64,000 nt of DNA from Candidatus Bathyarchaeota archaeon (GTDB taxonomy: Archaea; Thermoproteota; Bathyarchaeia; Bathyarchaeales; Bathycorpusculaceae), in NCBI GenBank assembly GCA_963715865.1, contig OY970280.1, positions 1,344,001 through 1,408,000 of the forward strand. The letters run 5' to 3'. The stretch's first letter is position 1; every line of letters starts with the position of its first letter. The notes beneath the pieces were generated by a model. That model was not told where the DNA came from. It searched no databases and saw nothing but the letters and a program-made list of their open reading frames with translations. Shown piece after piece: positions 1 to 9,423 of this stretch. Both the position numbers and the translations under genes were made by a program.

Positions 1-290
1 AACCTCAAAGCTACAATTGGCTTCGATTTATATTTAAAATTTGCTAAAGGTCAAACATTCTGGCGCAACTCAATAAAAGCGCATTAAAAATGGCGCTATA
101 AGCAAAATAACCCTAAAAATAGGCGACTAATTTAGGCTTTTTCGCATGCTTTTTTGGCAGGTCAGTTTTTACATTTATGTGTCAATATCTAAGTGTTGTT
201 TTTGGACAGTTTTTTATTCGGAAAGTTTTTTATAGCAGTCCATTGTAAAAAATTACACAGCGATGCAAAAAATTCCCAAGGTGATTAAAG

Positions 291-1100
291 ATAATCAACC
301 CAAGCAAAACAAGCCAAAGAACCAAACAAATCGCCACACTCACGATTTTTACTGCACTCTACATTGTTTTACGGTTCATCCCATTCAGCTTGCTCATAGG
401 AGGAGGCGGATACCTTTCCTTCTCCGATTTCTTAGCTCCAATATTAGGCATCCTGTTAGGACCCTACCTTGGAGGCTTAAGCGTATTAATCGGTAATTTT
501 GGAGCAATCGGTTTAGGCAGACCCCCGATGTTCTTGGGCTTAGATTTTCTACCTGACTTTGTCGCCGCTGTTTCAGTAGGCTTCCTGATGAGACGCAAAT
601 GGTTACCAGTAGTTATCTTGAACGCTGGTTTACTGCTTCTGTTTTTTGTTGACCCACTAACCAGCATATTTGTCACCATTCCAGGCACATCTATTTCAAT
701 TCCTTTTGCTTGGATGCACATTGCCGCATTCATAGTACTACTTTCACCCCTAGGGCGAAAAGCGGCAAAATGGGTTGAGACAGCTAACAAAACTGAACTC
801 GTAGCCGGTGGACTGACAATTTTAACTTTAATTGGAACAATGATGCAGCATCTTACAGGAAATTTACTTTTTGAATTTGTATTTGGACAAATTAATCCAC
901 CTATAATTCCGGCGGCAGCATGGCCAACAGAATGGGCTCTTGTAGTCTTGGCTTATCCCGTGGAACGGACAATTCTAATTATTTCCGCTGTACTAGTCGG
1001 AACCCCACTTATATTGGCTGTCACTAAAAATTCTCTCATAAAAATTGGAAAACAAGAACAACCCAAGACCGCTTCAGCAGAGCAACCCTCTACTTCTTAA
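291..1100 (+). CDS. ECF-type transporter S-component-like membrane protein
   Basis: ORF track starts at TTG 390, but the frame is open from 285 and encodes a first hydrophobic helix (QIATLTIFTALYIVLRFIPF). About 6 TM helices with an S-component-like APILGILLGPYLGG motif. Start placed at ATA 291, 6 nt after GGTGA (280-284). Confidence 0.55.
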   Translation: MINPSKTSQRTKQIATLTIFTALYIVLRFIPFSLLIGGGGYLSFSDFLAPILGILLGPYLGGLSVLIGNFGAIGLGRPPMFLGLDFLPDFVAAVSVGFLMRRKWLPVVILNAGLLLLFFVDPLTSIFVTIPGTSISIPFAWMHIAAFIVLLSPLGRKAAKWVETANKTELVAGGLTILTLIGTMMQHLTGNLLFEFVFGQINPPIIPAAAWPTEWALVVLAYPVERTILIISAVLVGTPLILAVTKNSLIKIGKQEQPKTASAEQPSTS

Positions 1101-2652
1101 ACAAAAGACTATCCTGAATGTATTCTTTTCCAGTTCGCAGTGCTATTTCAGCCTTTGCCAATTCGCTTCCCAAATAAGCAGCATGATCCAGCCTCGTTAC
1201 CAAGCCCAGTTGCATAATTTTATCGTATACTCCCTCAGCGGTTTTGCCCTTGATAACGTTAATCGGTTTATTCATCTCAAGCGAAGTATAATGGACTGCA
1301 ACCAAAACGTTTTCAACACGGTCTACGGCGATTTTAAACATGCCTTCTGCATCCAGAATTGCTGGCTCCAGCTTCTCAGATGCCCACACAACTTTGGCGT
1401 CTGCTTCCGATTTTTTATCGTAAGGCTCTTCGTGCACGCGTTTGTCTTTAAGGACAAGAAGGTCTATGCCTAGGTCTTTAGGAACTGAACCTCGTTTTTT
1501 CGCTAAAAACATCATTTTAGCCGCCGCAACCTCCTCGCTTACAGTGCCTTTCGCCTTGTCACTTTTCTCCGTAGCCAACAAAATGCTTGCGCCAACTTCT
1601 GAGGATAAACGTGCAAGTAAAGCGTTAACGCCAACCGAATCTGCATCCATCAATTCAGTAACATTCGAAACACCAACAAACAACGGCACACTAGGGTTTC
1701 TATCAGCGAATTGTCGAAAAGCAATAAACGATTCCAAAACATCTGACGGTTCAAGAATCAAGTCCGCTATGCATTTTGTCATGCCTAACTTCTTTGCTTT
1801 CTGAATTATTTCCTCTAGGAACTTAACGCGTTCTTCAGCTTTTTTTGGGAAATAGCCTTGGCGTTGATTTGTCGGAATGACAACCACAGCGACGTCCGAG
1901 ACGAAAGGTGCAATCGCTTCAATGTTACCTGCATCTGCACTTAATACGAGGTCTGCGCCAGCAAGAACTGCTTCTCGAATCTCATCTGGATCAAGCGTAT
2001 CTATGCTCACAGGCACATCCACAGCTTGCTTGACAAGTTTAACAATGCGCCTTGCATCTGAAGGTCTGGATTCACCTGCAACCATTCCAACGTCAATAAT
2101 GTCTGCGCCAGCCTGAACGAAATGTTTTGCTAACCTCTGGATTGTGTCTTTATCCATTAAGGGGGCATCAACGATTTCAGCCAGCACACGCATGGGAAAG
2201 TCTTTGCCAACCGCCAAGTTTCCAATCAGCATGCTGCCAGGTTTCTTTAGCAGTTCATCACGGTTTTGCTCTGCCTTCTCTATTTCCTGCAACGCTTTTT
2301 TCTGAAGTTTCTCCCGCAGCAAATCGCACGCTGGCACAACTGTTGAAAGCTGAACTTCTCCAAGCGAATCCAGCACTGTTGGCAAATCAGCAGCGTACCT
2401 TGGACCTTTAAAGGTCTGGACGCCAAACGCTTTTGTAATTACTGATGTGTCTCCTCGGACGAGCCCTGGTACCAAAATCATGTCAAAGCCTTTTAGGTTC
2501 ATGTTTTCTAGGGCTTTGGCGATGGTTTCAGGCGTTAGCAAGGCAGCAACTGGAATCTTGAGGGCAACTGTTTCGGTGTTTACGCTGCTTTCTTGTGCAT
2601 AGCGTTTAACCGTGTCCTCTGCGAGTGCACCTGTAATTAAGAGTACCTTCAA
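1090..2652 (-). CDS. Archaeal dihydropteroate synthase-related protein (pterin-binding barrel with N- and C-terminal extra domains)
   Basis: Motifs VLAEIVDAP, GADIIDVG, PVSIDT, LFVGVSNVTEL. C-terminal LVTRLDHAAYLGSELAKAEIAL domain (DUF4346-like). Likely start TTG 2652 (KVLLITG), just after the upstream stop; ORF track gives 2712. Confidence 0.85.
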   Translation of the reverse strand: MKVLLITGALAEDTVKRYAQESSVNTETVALKIPVAALLTPETIAKALENMNLKGFDMILVPGLVRGDTSVITKAFGVQTFKGPRYAADLPTVLDSLGEVQLSTVVPACDLLREKLQKKALQEIEKAEQNRDELLKKPGSMLIGNLAVGKDFPMRVLAEIVDAPLMDKDTIQRLAKHFVQAGADIIDVGMVAGESRPSDARRIVKLVKQAVDVPVSIDTLDPDEIREAVLAGADLVLSADAGNIEAIAPFVSDVAVVVIPTNQRQGYFPKKAEERVKFLEEIIQKAKKLGMTKCIADLILEPSDVLESFIAFRQFADRNPSVPLFVGVSNVTELMDADSVGVNALLARLSSEVGASILLATEKSDKAKGTVSEEVAAAKMMFLAKKRGSVPKDLGIDLLVLKDKRVHEEPYDKKSEADAKVVWASEKLEPAILDAEGMFKIAVDRVENVLVAVHYTSLEMNKPINVIKGKTAEGVYDKIMQLGLVTRLDHAAYLGSELAKAEIALRTGKEYIQDSLLFKK

Positions 2653-2665
2653 ATTGTCCGCTTTG

Positions 2666-3636
2666 TTAATTGACAAGTTTAATGGTTGCTCCCTTATTGT
2701 TTGCTTTTGCAATGAAGGCTTGTCCGCCCACGTTTTTGTTCAGGTAAGCTTTGACTTTTGAGAGCACTTGTTTAGCTTCTTCTTGTTTTACCACGCCGTA
2801 GAGTGCTGGTCCCCAGGAACTTTGTCCAACTCCGTAAGCGCCAATTTCTTTCATGAACTCTATATAGTCTGCAATGTCAGCTCTTGTGGATCTTCCGCCT
2901 TGCACTTGGGCAAAGTACCCTCCAATTATTTCTTGAATTGTGGTTAAGGCTTCTCCAAAATTTTTAATGTCATGTTCAGCCAATGCTGGAAGAAGCTTGA
3001 GCATGGTTAAACGGCAGATTTTTCCAACCTCTTCCGCTCGCATTTTTTGCAATTTGTTAAAGGCTGAGTTTTCCTCCGAATTAGATAAGCCTTCAATCAA
3101 GTTTGGAATGGCAACGATGAAACGCCATTCTGTGGGAAATGGTTGGCGATAAATTAAAGGCGGAAACTTTGCATTGCCAACTATATGGCTTTTCCTCCGT
3201 CAACCACGAATCCGCCTTTTTCAAAGATTGCCGTGCCAACGCCTGTTCTTCTGGCTCTATCCATGGCAACTGTTAGTTCCTGAGTTGAAGCTTTCACATT
3301 GAACAGTTTGGCAAGAGCTACCGCGATGGCAAGGGATAGTTGGGTTCCGGAGCCTAAGCCGACATGTGCTGGAATTGACTGTTTAACGTTTATGTGGACA
3401 TTGGGTTGCATCGGGTAAGCGGTGAAGAAGCGTTTTGCCAGAGCATTTACAATTTCGGTTTCTTGGCCTTCTATGAATAAGTTTTCTGATTGTTCAGCTT
3501 CAACGATGACGTTCGGGTGGTCTATGCCTACGCCTAAGCCGCCAAACATCCGCCCCAAATCGCCATTTAAATCTATCAGTCCCAAGTGAAGTCGAGCTGG
3601 AGTTTTAACGTAAACCTTCACTTGCTGTTCCTCCAT
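2666..3636 (-). pseudogene. mptG: Beta-ribofuranosylaminobenzene 5'-phosphate (RFAP) synthase, GHMP-kinase family, split by a 1-nt frameshift
   Basis: ORF 3181..3636 has TPARLHLGLIDL and HVGLGSGTQL; ORF 2666..3100 has GVGQSSWGP. Adding one base to the 4-T run at 3190-3193 joins them (GGFVVDGGKSHIVGNAKFPPLIYRQPFPTEWRFIVAIP). Either a pseudogene or an assembly indel. Confidence 0.8.
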
Positions 3637-4268
3637 GAATCAATTCTTTTCATTAAATCAGCCATAACCATAGAGTAAGATGAGTTTGGAGCTACTCGAT
3701 TTACGACGCTGCTGCAGTTTTCAATCAGTTCCAAAAGTTTGCTAACGTGTTTTTGTTCCTTTTTGTCGTTTATTAGAGCTTTTACGCGGGTTGCGTGTAT
3801 GATGGCCTCAACCGTTGCTGACATGGCGCGGCAGTAAACTTGAGGATAATTCTGCGTTGCCTGCACTAGTTTTACGTTGCATACGGCTTTGGTTTTTTCT
3901 GTGCCGATTGGCATCATGTCATTGACTGAAACATCGATTGATGCATCTGCAAAACGTAGTCTAGGCGCGTTAACAGTTTTTGCTGGTTCAAACCATTCTT
4001 CAGGCGGTTTTCCGCTGGGGTTTGCTTCTTTGAAGGCTGTTTTGTAAAAAACCTCTATGTTGCTTGTTAAATTTACAACTGCACACCTGTTTGCTTTAAT
4101 GTTACTGCAGGTTGATGATGAATTGAAAAGGTTAATGATGAGATGCTGTTCGTCCTCCATGATGGCGCCCATTGGCGCCGCGTTCGGTTTTCCATCTGTG
4201 TTATAGGTGGAAACTATGGTTTCTGCAATTATGCCTTTTGAGAAGCCTAAATCAGTTAACTTCGCCAT
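3618..4268 (-). CDS. DUF447 family protein (split-barrel, flavin-binding-like)
   Basis: ETIVSTYN..GKPNAAPMG and EAIIHATR motifs. Start moved to ATG 4268 behind an AGGTGG motif. Lies directly upstream of RFAP synthase. Confidence 0.8.
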   Translation of the reverse strand: MAKLTDLGFSKGIIAETIVSTYNTDGKPNAAPMGAIMEDEQHLIINLFNSSSTCSNIKANRCAVVNLTSNIEVFYKTAFKEANPSGKPPEEWFEPAKTVNAPRLRFADASIDVSVNDMMPIGTEKTKAVCNVKLVQATQNYPQVYCRAMSATVEAIIHATRVKALINDKKEQKHVSKLLELIENCSSVVNRVAPNSSYSMVMADLMKRIDSWRNSK

Positions 4269-4690
4269 CAAACCAACCGAGCCACCTAGGAGGCCGTAAG
4301 CATTTTGTTTCAACCGAATGTAAAATTTCACAGTGGCATAATAAAGTTTTGCCAACCTAAACGTCAGTTGCATTTTAGACAGGCAGTTTTTTGTAAGGTT
4401 GGTGCGCAAACGTTGAAGTATGCTTACTATGTAAGGTTTTTAAGGAATTAAACGTTCTAATTTTTATGAGTTTTTCGAGCTTTTCATTTTTTGAATACTC
4501 ATTGTTTGGTGGTTAAAAACTAAAATGGCAATTAAGGTAGCTTTGGTTTACCCGTATTTTCACATGGCGAACGATAATTCAATTTTCCGTTTTCAAAAAT
4601 TTTCAAAAATTGTTTAATTGATAGGCAGGCATTTAATCTCAAACCCGCAAGAATATGGAAGGCAAAATAACACTATAAAAGTGCAACCAG

Positions 4691-5191
4691 TTGCAAAAAC
4701 TAATCATAATCCCTACCATCATCAGTTCACTAAGAATCGTAGTTCTACCCCTCTTCTTTTACCTCTACAACGCAGGAAACATAACCTTGTGTTTAATCCT
4801 GTTCGCTTTCTCGGCTGCCACGGATTTATTTGATGGCTATTTAGCTAGAAGATTAAAGGTAGCCTCAAGGTTCGGCGCCTATTACGACGCAGCAACCGAC
4901 TTTGCCCTTGTAATCGGTATATTCACATTCTTCGCAGCCAAAGGATACTATCCTACATGGCTATTGCTGCTCATAACCGCATCATTCATTCAATTCCTAG
5001 CCACAAGCCTTTACGCCAAAAAACTATACGACCCAATCGGCAGATACATTGGAAGCGCCCTATACATAGGCATAGTTCTAACGTTAATTTTCCCAACACA
5101 AGCAACATTCAGCTTTGTAGAATATGCCTTCGTAGGATTTTTCTTAATCTCGCTTGGAAGCCGAGCAGTGAGCTTGGCTAAAAAAACATGA
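4691..5191 (+). CDS. CDP-alcohol phosphatidyltransferase family protein
   Basis: Signature D-x2-D-G-x2-A-R-x8-G-x3-D-x3-D (TDLFDGYLARRLKVASRFGAYYDAATD); hydrophobic helices. Confidence 0.87.
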   Translation: MQKLIIIPTIISSLRIVVLPLFFYLYNAGNITLCLILFAFSAATDLFDGYLARRLKVASRFGAYYDAATDFALVIGIFTFFAAKGYYPTWLLLLITASFIQFLATSLYAKKLYDPIGRYIGSALYIGIVLTLIFPTQATFSFVEYAFVGFFLISLGSRAVSLAKKT

Positions 5192-5208
5192 TTAGGCGTA
5201 CTCTTGAT

Positions 5209-5469
5209 TTAGGTTTTAAGGCTTGTTTTTATCATTGCTTCAAGTTTTGGGTTATTTACGCCTGTGCAGATAATTTTTCTTTTGTCGAAATCTATTTTGC
5301 CTGAAGCTTCCAGATTATCTAAAATTCGTTTGTAAGTTTGGTATGGTATTTTTTTGGGTAGCCTTCGCCAAAGTTGAGTTCTTGTGTAGTAATCATCAGC
5401 ATTTAGAAGCGCATTCTCCACTGTAAGGATTGTATCTAGCTTGGACTCGTGAATGACTCTTTTTGGCAT
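5209..5469 (-). CDS. Small winged-helix-like hypothetical protein
   Basis: 86 aa. TRTQLWRRLPKKIPYQTYKRILDNLEASGKI resembles an HTH plus wing. Confidence 0.55.
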   Translation of the reverse strand: MPKRVIHESKLDTILTVENALLNADDYYTRTQLWRRLPKKIPYQTYKRILDNLEASGKIDFDKRKIICTGVNNPKLEAMIKTSLKT

Positions 5470-5623
5470 TATTTCACTTTGTCAATTGCTATTATTCTGT
5501 GGACAATTATATAATTTAGTGGATTCACCGCTTCATTCCGCGAGTTTGCCCTAGCGAGACCATTATTAATAAATCGTCCTGCTCCTTCTCTCTTACGGTT
5601 GGCAAATTAGGTCGTTTAGTATA

Positions 5624-6640
5624 TTGGAGCAAAAATCTTTCGCAAGTCACTTTCCTGACTTAATTCGCGTTTCAACAGGCACCGCCATAGTTCTCGAACT
5701 GTTAAAAGGCAAGTTAGATGCTGAGCCTACAACGGCGTATCTGATGACTTACAAGGCGGGCAAGTGCACGGCTAACTGTGGTTTCTGCCCCCAAGCTAGA
5801 GGAAGCAAAAGCAGCACGGAACTGCTGTCTAGGGTTTCATGGCCAACCTTTCCAACCTCAAACGTCCTAACAGCGCTTAGCAACGTGTCAAAGCAGGGAA
5901 AAATCAAGCGCGTTTGCATCCAAGCCCTAAATTACCCAAGCGTTTTTGTGCATCTTGAAGCGCTCGTGAAAGAAATAAAAAAACGCGCTGCCATTCCTGT
6001 TTCGGTTTCATGCCAACCCCTCAATAAAGAAAACATACAGCTCTTGGCAAAAGCTGGCGTTGACAGGTTAGGTATAGCATTGGATGCAGCAACCGAAGCC
6101 TTGTTCAATAAAGTTAAGGGTAAAGGTGCAGGCGGCTCTTACAGTTGGGAAAACCAGTTCTGCATGTTAAGTGAAGCAATAGCGGTTTTTGGGAGAGGAA
6201 ATGTAAGCACACATGTAATTGTTGGATTAGGTGAGACAGAGAAAGAAGCAGCCCAAATAATTCAAAAATGCGTTGATATGAGTGTTTTGCCAGCTCTTTT
6301 TGCTTTCACACCAATCCGAGGCACGGCATTGGAAACCAATCCTCCGCCGCCGCTTGAATCATACAGGCGACTGCAGCTTACGAGGTACTTAATAGTTAAT
6401 GGTTTAGTGAGATATGAGGATGTACGCTTTGATGGTGAGGGCAAAATAACAAATTTCGGCTTAGCAAGTGATGCGTTAAAACCGATAATTGAATATGGCG
6501 AGCCCCTTCTCACTTCCGGCTGTCCAGACTGCAACCGCCCCTTTTACAATGAAAAACCAAGCGGACCAATCTACAATTACCCAAGAAAACCAAGCCACGA
6601 AGAGATAGAAAAAATAAAAAAGCAGCTGAAATTCTGCTAA
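5624..6640 (+). CDS. Radical SAM protein, biotin-synthase-related archaeal family
   Basis: CxxxCxxC motif (CTANCGFC), RVCIQ, STHVIVGLGETE, C-terminal GCPDCNRP. Confidence 0.85.
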   Translation: MEQKSFASHFPDLIRVSTGTAIVLELLKGKLDAEPTTAYLMTYKAGKCTANCGFCPQARGSKSSTELLSRVSWPTFPTSNVLTALSNVSKQGKIKRVCIQALNYPSVFVHLEALVKEIKKRAAIPVSVSCQPLNKENIQLLAKAGVDRLGIALDAATEALFNKVKGKGAGGSYSWENQFCMLSEAIAVFGRGNVSTHVIVGLGETEKEAAQIIQKCVDMSVLPALFAFTPIRGTALETNPPPPLESYRRLQLTRYLIVNGLVRYEDVRFDGEGKITNFGLASDALKPIIEYGEPLLTSGCPDCNRPFYNEKPSGPIYNYPRKPSHEEIEKIKKQLKFC

Positions 6641-7986
6641 GTTAGCAGCTGATCGGCTGTTTGCTGGGATTGCTTTTTGTCGTTTTTCGGCGGTTTGGGT
6701 TTTTGCCTTGTTACCTGCTCAACTAAACGCCAGAACTCGTCCATGGTGTAGCCTTTTAGCAGGTCTTTCATGAGTTTTTTAACTTGGTAGTATGTCATTT
6801 GGGCTTCGCCTTTGTCCAAGCTTTCCTGCGGACCCTTAATGCGCCTGAAAAGCTCGTCCATTTGCCGTGGTGAAGCCCTAACTCCTGCTTTCTCCAAAAG
6901 TTTCTGAATGAGGGTTTGCCCAGTGTTTCTGCCTATGAAAATTATTGTTTCTCTGCCTACGATTTCAGGTGGGAAGGGCTCGAAAACCAGGGGGTGAGCC
7001 ATCATTTCCTCCGCTTCTTCTTCTACTTCATGGGTGAAAATGTTTTCGCCAATTATGGGTTTGTGGAATTGGATTGGTAAGGCAAATGCTTTTTCAGCTG
7101 ATTGAGCAAGGCGGTAAATTTTTCCCATATCTATTCCAGTATCGATATTATAAAGCAGTTCTGCTGCTGTCACAACCTCTTCAAATGGAGCTATTCCAGC
7201 GCGTTCGCCAAAGCCAGCAATGCATGTATGCAGGTATGACACGCCTTCTTCCATAGCCGCTAGGGTGTTTGCTGATGCCAAGCCGAAATCGTTATGGCAG
7301 TGAATTGAAAGCGCTGCTTTCTTTTTCACAGAGTCAGGCAAACCATCTCGAACATGGGAAATTAAATAACGCATAGAAAGCGGCCTTATGAATCCAACAC
7401 TGTCAGCTATCGCTAACCTTACTGCTCCAGCGTTGGCTGCGGCCTCAAAAACTTGCAGGATATCTTCCAGAGGCGTTCTTGTGCCGTCCATGAGAACGAA
7501 GCTTACGGCTGCTCCGTGCTTTTTTGCGTAGTCTATGCTTTCAACTATTCTTTGTAATGCTTGTTCTTTGGTTATTTTTAGTTTGTATTGCAGGTTTAAA
7601 CCGTTAATGGGTGACTCAATGGTTACTTCTTTTATACCGCATTCTAAGCAGGCGTTTACGCTGTTTTTGGTTGGTTCAGCTGAGGCCGTAAGTTTTGCGT
7701 TAACGAAACTTTCGTTTACAATACGTTTAACGTTGCGTTTTTCGTCTTCGGATATAGCTGGGAAGCCCACGTTAATTATGGCTACGCCTGCTTCATCCAT
7801 TAACTTTGCAAGCCTAACTTGCTCAACATAAGTTAAATAAACCGTTGGTGCCTTGATGCCTTCCCTGAATGTTTCATCCCAAATAAACACTCGATCAGGA
7901 AGTCTGGGCGGTAAATTCTTTCTTAAACGATTATAATTCGCAATTAGCCCTTGCGCTTCAAGCTTTTTAAATATCGTCTTTCTCAT
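6637..7986 (-). CDS. LeuA/homocitrate-synthase (DRE-TIM) family protein with degenerate motifs
   Basis: IWDETFREG, HCHNDFGLASANTLAA, GFGERAG, EPFPPEIVG. No C-terminal regulatory domain. Start ATG 7986. Confidence 0.8.
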   Translation of the reverse strand: MRKTIFKKLEAQGLIANYNRLRKNLPPRLPDRVFIWDETFREGIKAPTVYLTYVEQVRLAKLMDEAGVAIINVGFPAISEDEKRNVKRIVNESFVNAKLTASAEPTKNSVNACLECGIKEVTIESPINGLNLQYKLKITKEQALQRIVESIDYAKKHGAAVSFVLMDGTRTPLEDILQVFEAAANAGAVRLAIADSVGFIRPLSMRYLISHVRDGLPDSVKKKAALSIHCHNDFGLASANTLAAMEEGVSYLHTCIAGFGERAGIAPFEEVVTAAELLYNIDTGIDMGKIYRLAQSAEKAFALPIQFHKPIIGENIFTHEVEEEAEEMMAHPLVFEPFPPEIVGRETIIFIGRNTGQTLIQKLLEKAGVRASPRQMDELFRRIKGPQESLDKGEAQMTYYQVKKLMKDLLKGYTMDEFWRLVEQVTRQKPKPPKNDKKQSQQTADQLLT

Positions 7987-8206
7987 CGAGACACAATCCA
8001 ACAATATAGAAGCTGAACGGTATGTTTAATTTGCTAATTCCTATATAAAAACTGCATCTATCAAGAGCAACCGCGCTTACAGTTCACCATAAAAATATTA
8101 GAAAACAGCGATTTTTTTAAAAAAAAAGTAATTTTACAGAGCAATTAATGGCAAAAGTCTTAAGTGCAAAAAAGACAATGTATAAGCCGCCAAGGGGAAG
8201 CAAAAA

Positions 8207-8419
8207 ATGAGCAGCCTCAAAAACACAATTGAAAAAATAAAAAATTTAGAAACTGAAAAGAAAAACCTTTTACTTGAAATTGAAGAACTCAAAAAAATGG
8301 CTGACGCAAAGGCTACTGCTTTGGAAAGCGAAGTTGGCTCACTGCGGGATGAAGTGAAATCGCTAAAGACTCTGATAAATGGGTCAGAACCAAGCGTAGA
8401 CCAAGGGCTCAAAAAATAA
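8207..8419 (+). CDS. Small coiled-coil protein
   Basis: 70 aa with continuous heptad pattern; ATG start. Confidence 0.7.
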   Translation: MSSLKNTIEKIKNLETEKKNLLLEIEELKKMADAKATALESEVGSLRDEVKSLKTLINGSEPSVDQGLKK

Positions 8420-8471
8420 ATTTATTTGTATAGTTAGTTAAGCGTTCGAATGACTAGCTTGTTAGTTTTGG

Positions 8472-9329
8472 TTATTGTTGCTCAGGCGGTGAGGGAGTTC
8501 TTTGGAGAAGAGCGTTTACAGCATTAGCCAGCGTGTTGCATGCTGCTTGCCTTGCGTCTATGGATGTGTCAGTTTCGAGTTTTTCAAGCTCTTTATGTAA
8601 ACTGTCCACTTTCTCCGTGATCTCTTGTTTCTTCTTCTCATAACTGTCGTGAAGTTTCTCTTGGTCAGCAGTGAAATTCTGCAGTGCCACTTCTAACTCG
8701 TTCTTTGTGGACTTCAGGTTTTGTTGTGTTTGAGCAAGTTTTTCTGCAGCTTTTTTACGTGCTATCGGCTTGAAAATGCTGATTTTAATTTCTTCTTGGC
8801 TTGCTACATCGTCTTCTAATTCGAGGATTTTATGTGTTAAGCGTTGAACCTCTGCGTTTCTTTTGAAGCTTAGCTCTCTTGTTTTTTCCGCGTATTCTTT
8901 ATCGGTTTCCACTAGGAGATGGTTGGTGTCCGCTAGTTCTTTTGCTTCGCCTGTGAGGTTTGATTCTTGAAGCTTTTTTTCTGCAAGTGCACCTTCAACG
9001 TCAAGGAAAATCTGCGAACGCTCCTTAACAAATTGCTCGTCTACATTTATGGCTGAGTTGGACTCGAATTCTGAAATTATTTGCCGCAGATTCACAAGCC
9101 AATCATCAAAATATTGACTGAAAGGCGAAAGAGCAAAAACTTGATTACCAAGTTTGCTTAAGCCACCGAGGGTTTTCTCCACAACCTCTTTTGCAGAAAA
9201 TTCAGGAGTTTCTTCTAGCAGGTATTTGCCGCCGGACCGCCTTTTTTCTTTTGCTTTCTTTTCATGCGCAGATTTTGAGTATTGCCGAGCAGCGCTTCGG
9301 CGTGAACCAGTTTGAGGCCTAAAGCTCAT
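8472..9329 (-). CDS. Coiled-coil hypothetical protein
   Basis: About 285 aa: basic N-terminal tail, short globular part, long E/K/Q/L-rich helices. Start ATG 9329 (ORF track 9335). Confidence 0.75.
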   Translation of the reverse strand: MSFRPQTGSRRSAARQYSKSAHEKKAKEKRRSGGKYLLEETPEFSAKEVVEKTLGGLSKLGNQVFALSPFSQYFDDWLVNLRQIISEFESNSAINVDEQFVKERSQIFLDVEGALAEKKLQESNLTGEAKELADTNHLLVETDKEYAEKTRELSFKRNAEVQRLTHKILELEDDVASQEEIKISIFKPIARKKAAEKLAQTQQNLKSTKNELEVALQNFTADQEKLHDSYEKKKQEITEKVDSLHKELEKLETDTSIDARQAACNTLANAVNALLQRTPSPPEQQ

Positions 9330-9423
9330 AAACAAACCAGAGTGCGCAAGAAATATTTAAACAATGACACGTTTCGCAAGATGATTCTGCTTTAGGGTTT
9401 AATGAGGATGACAGCGGCAATTT

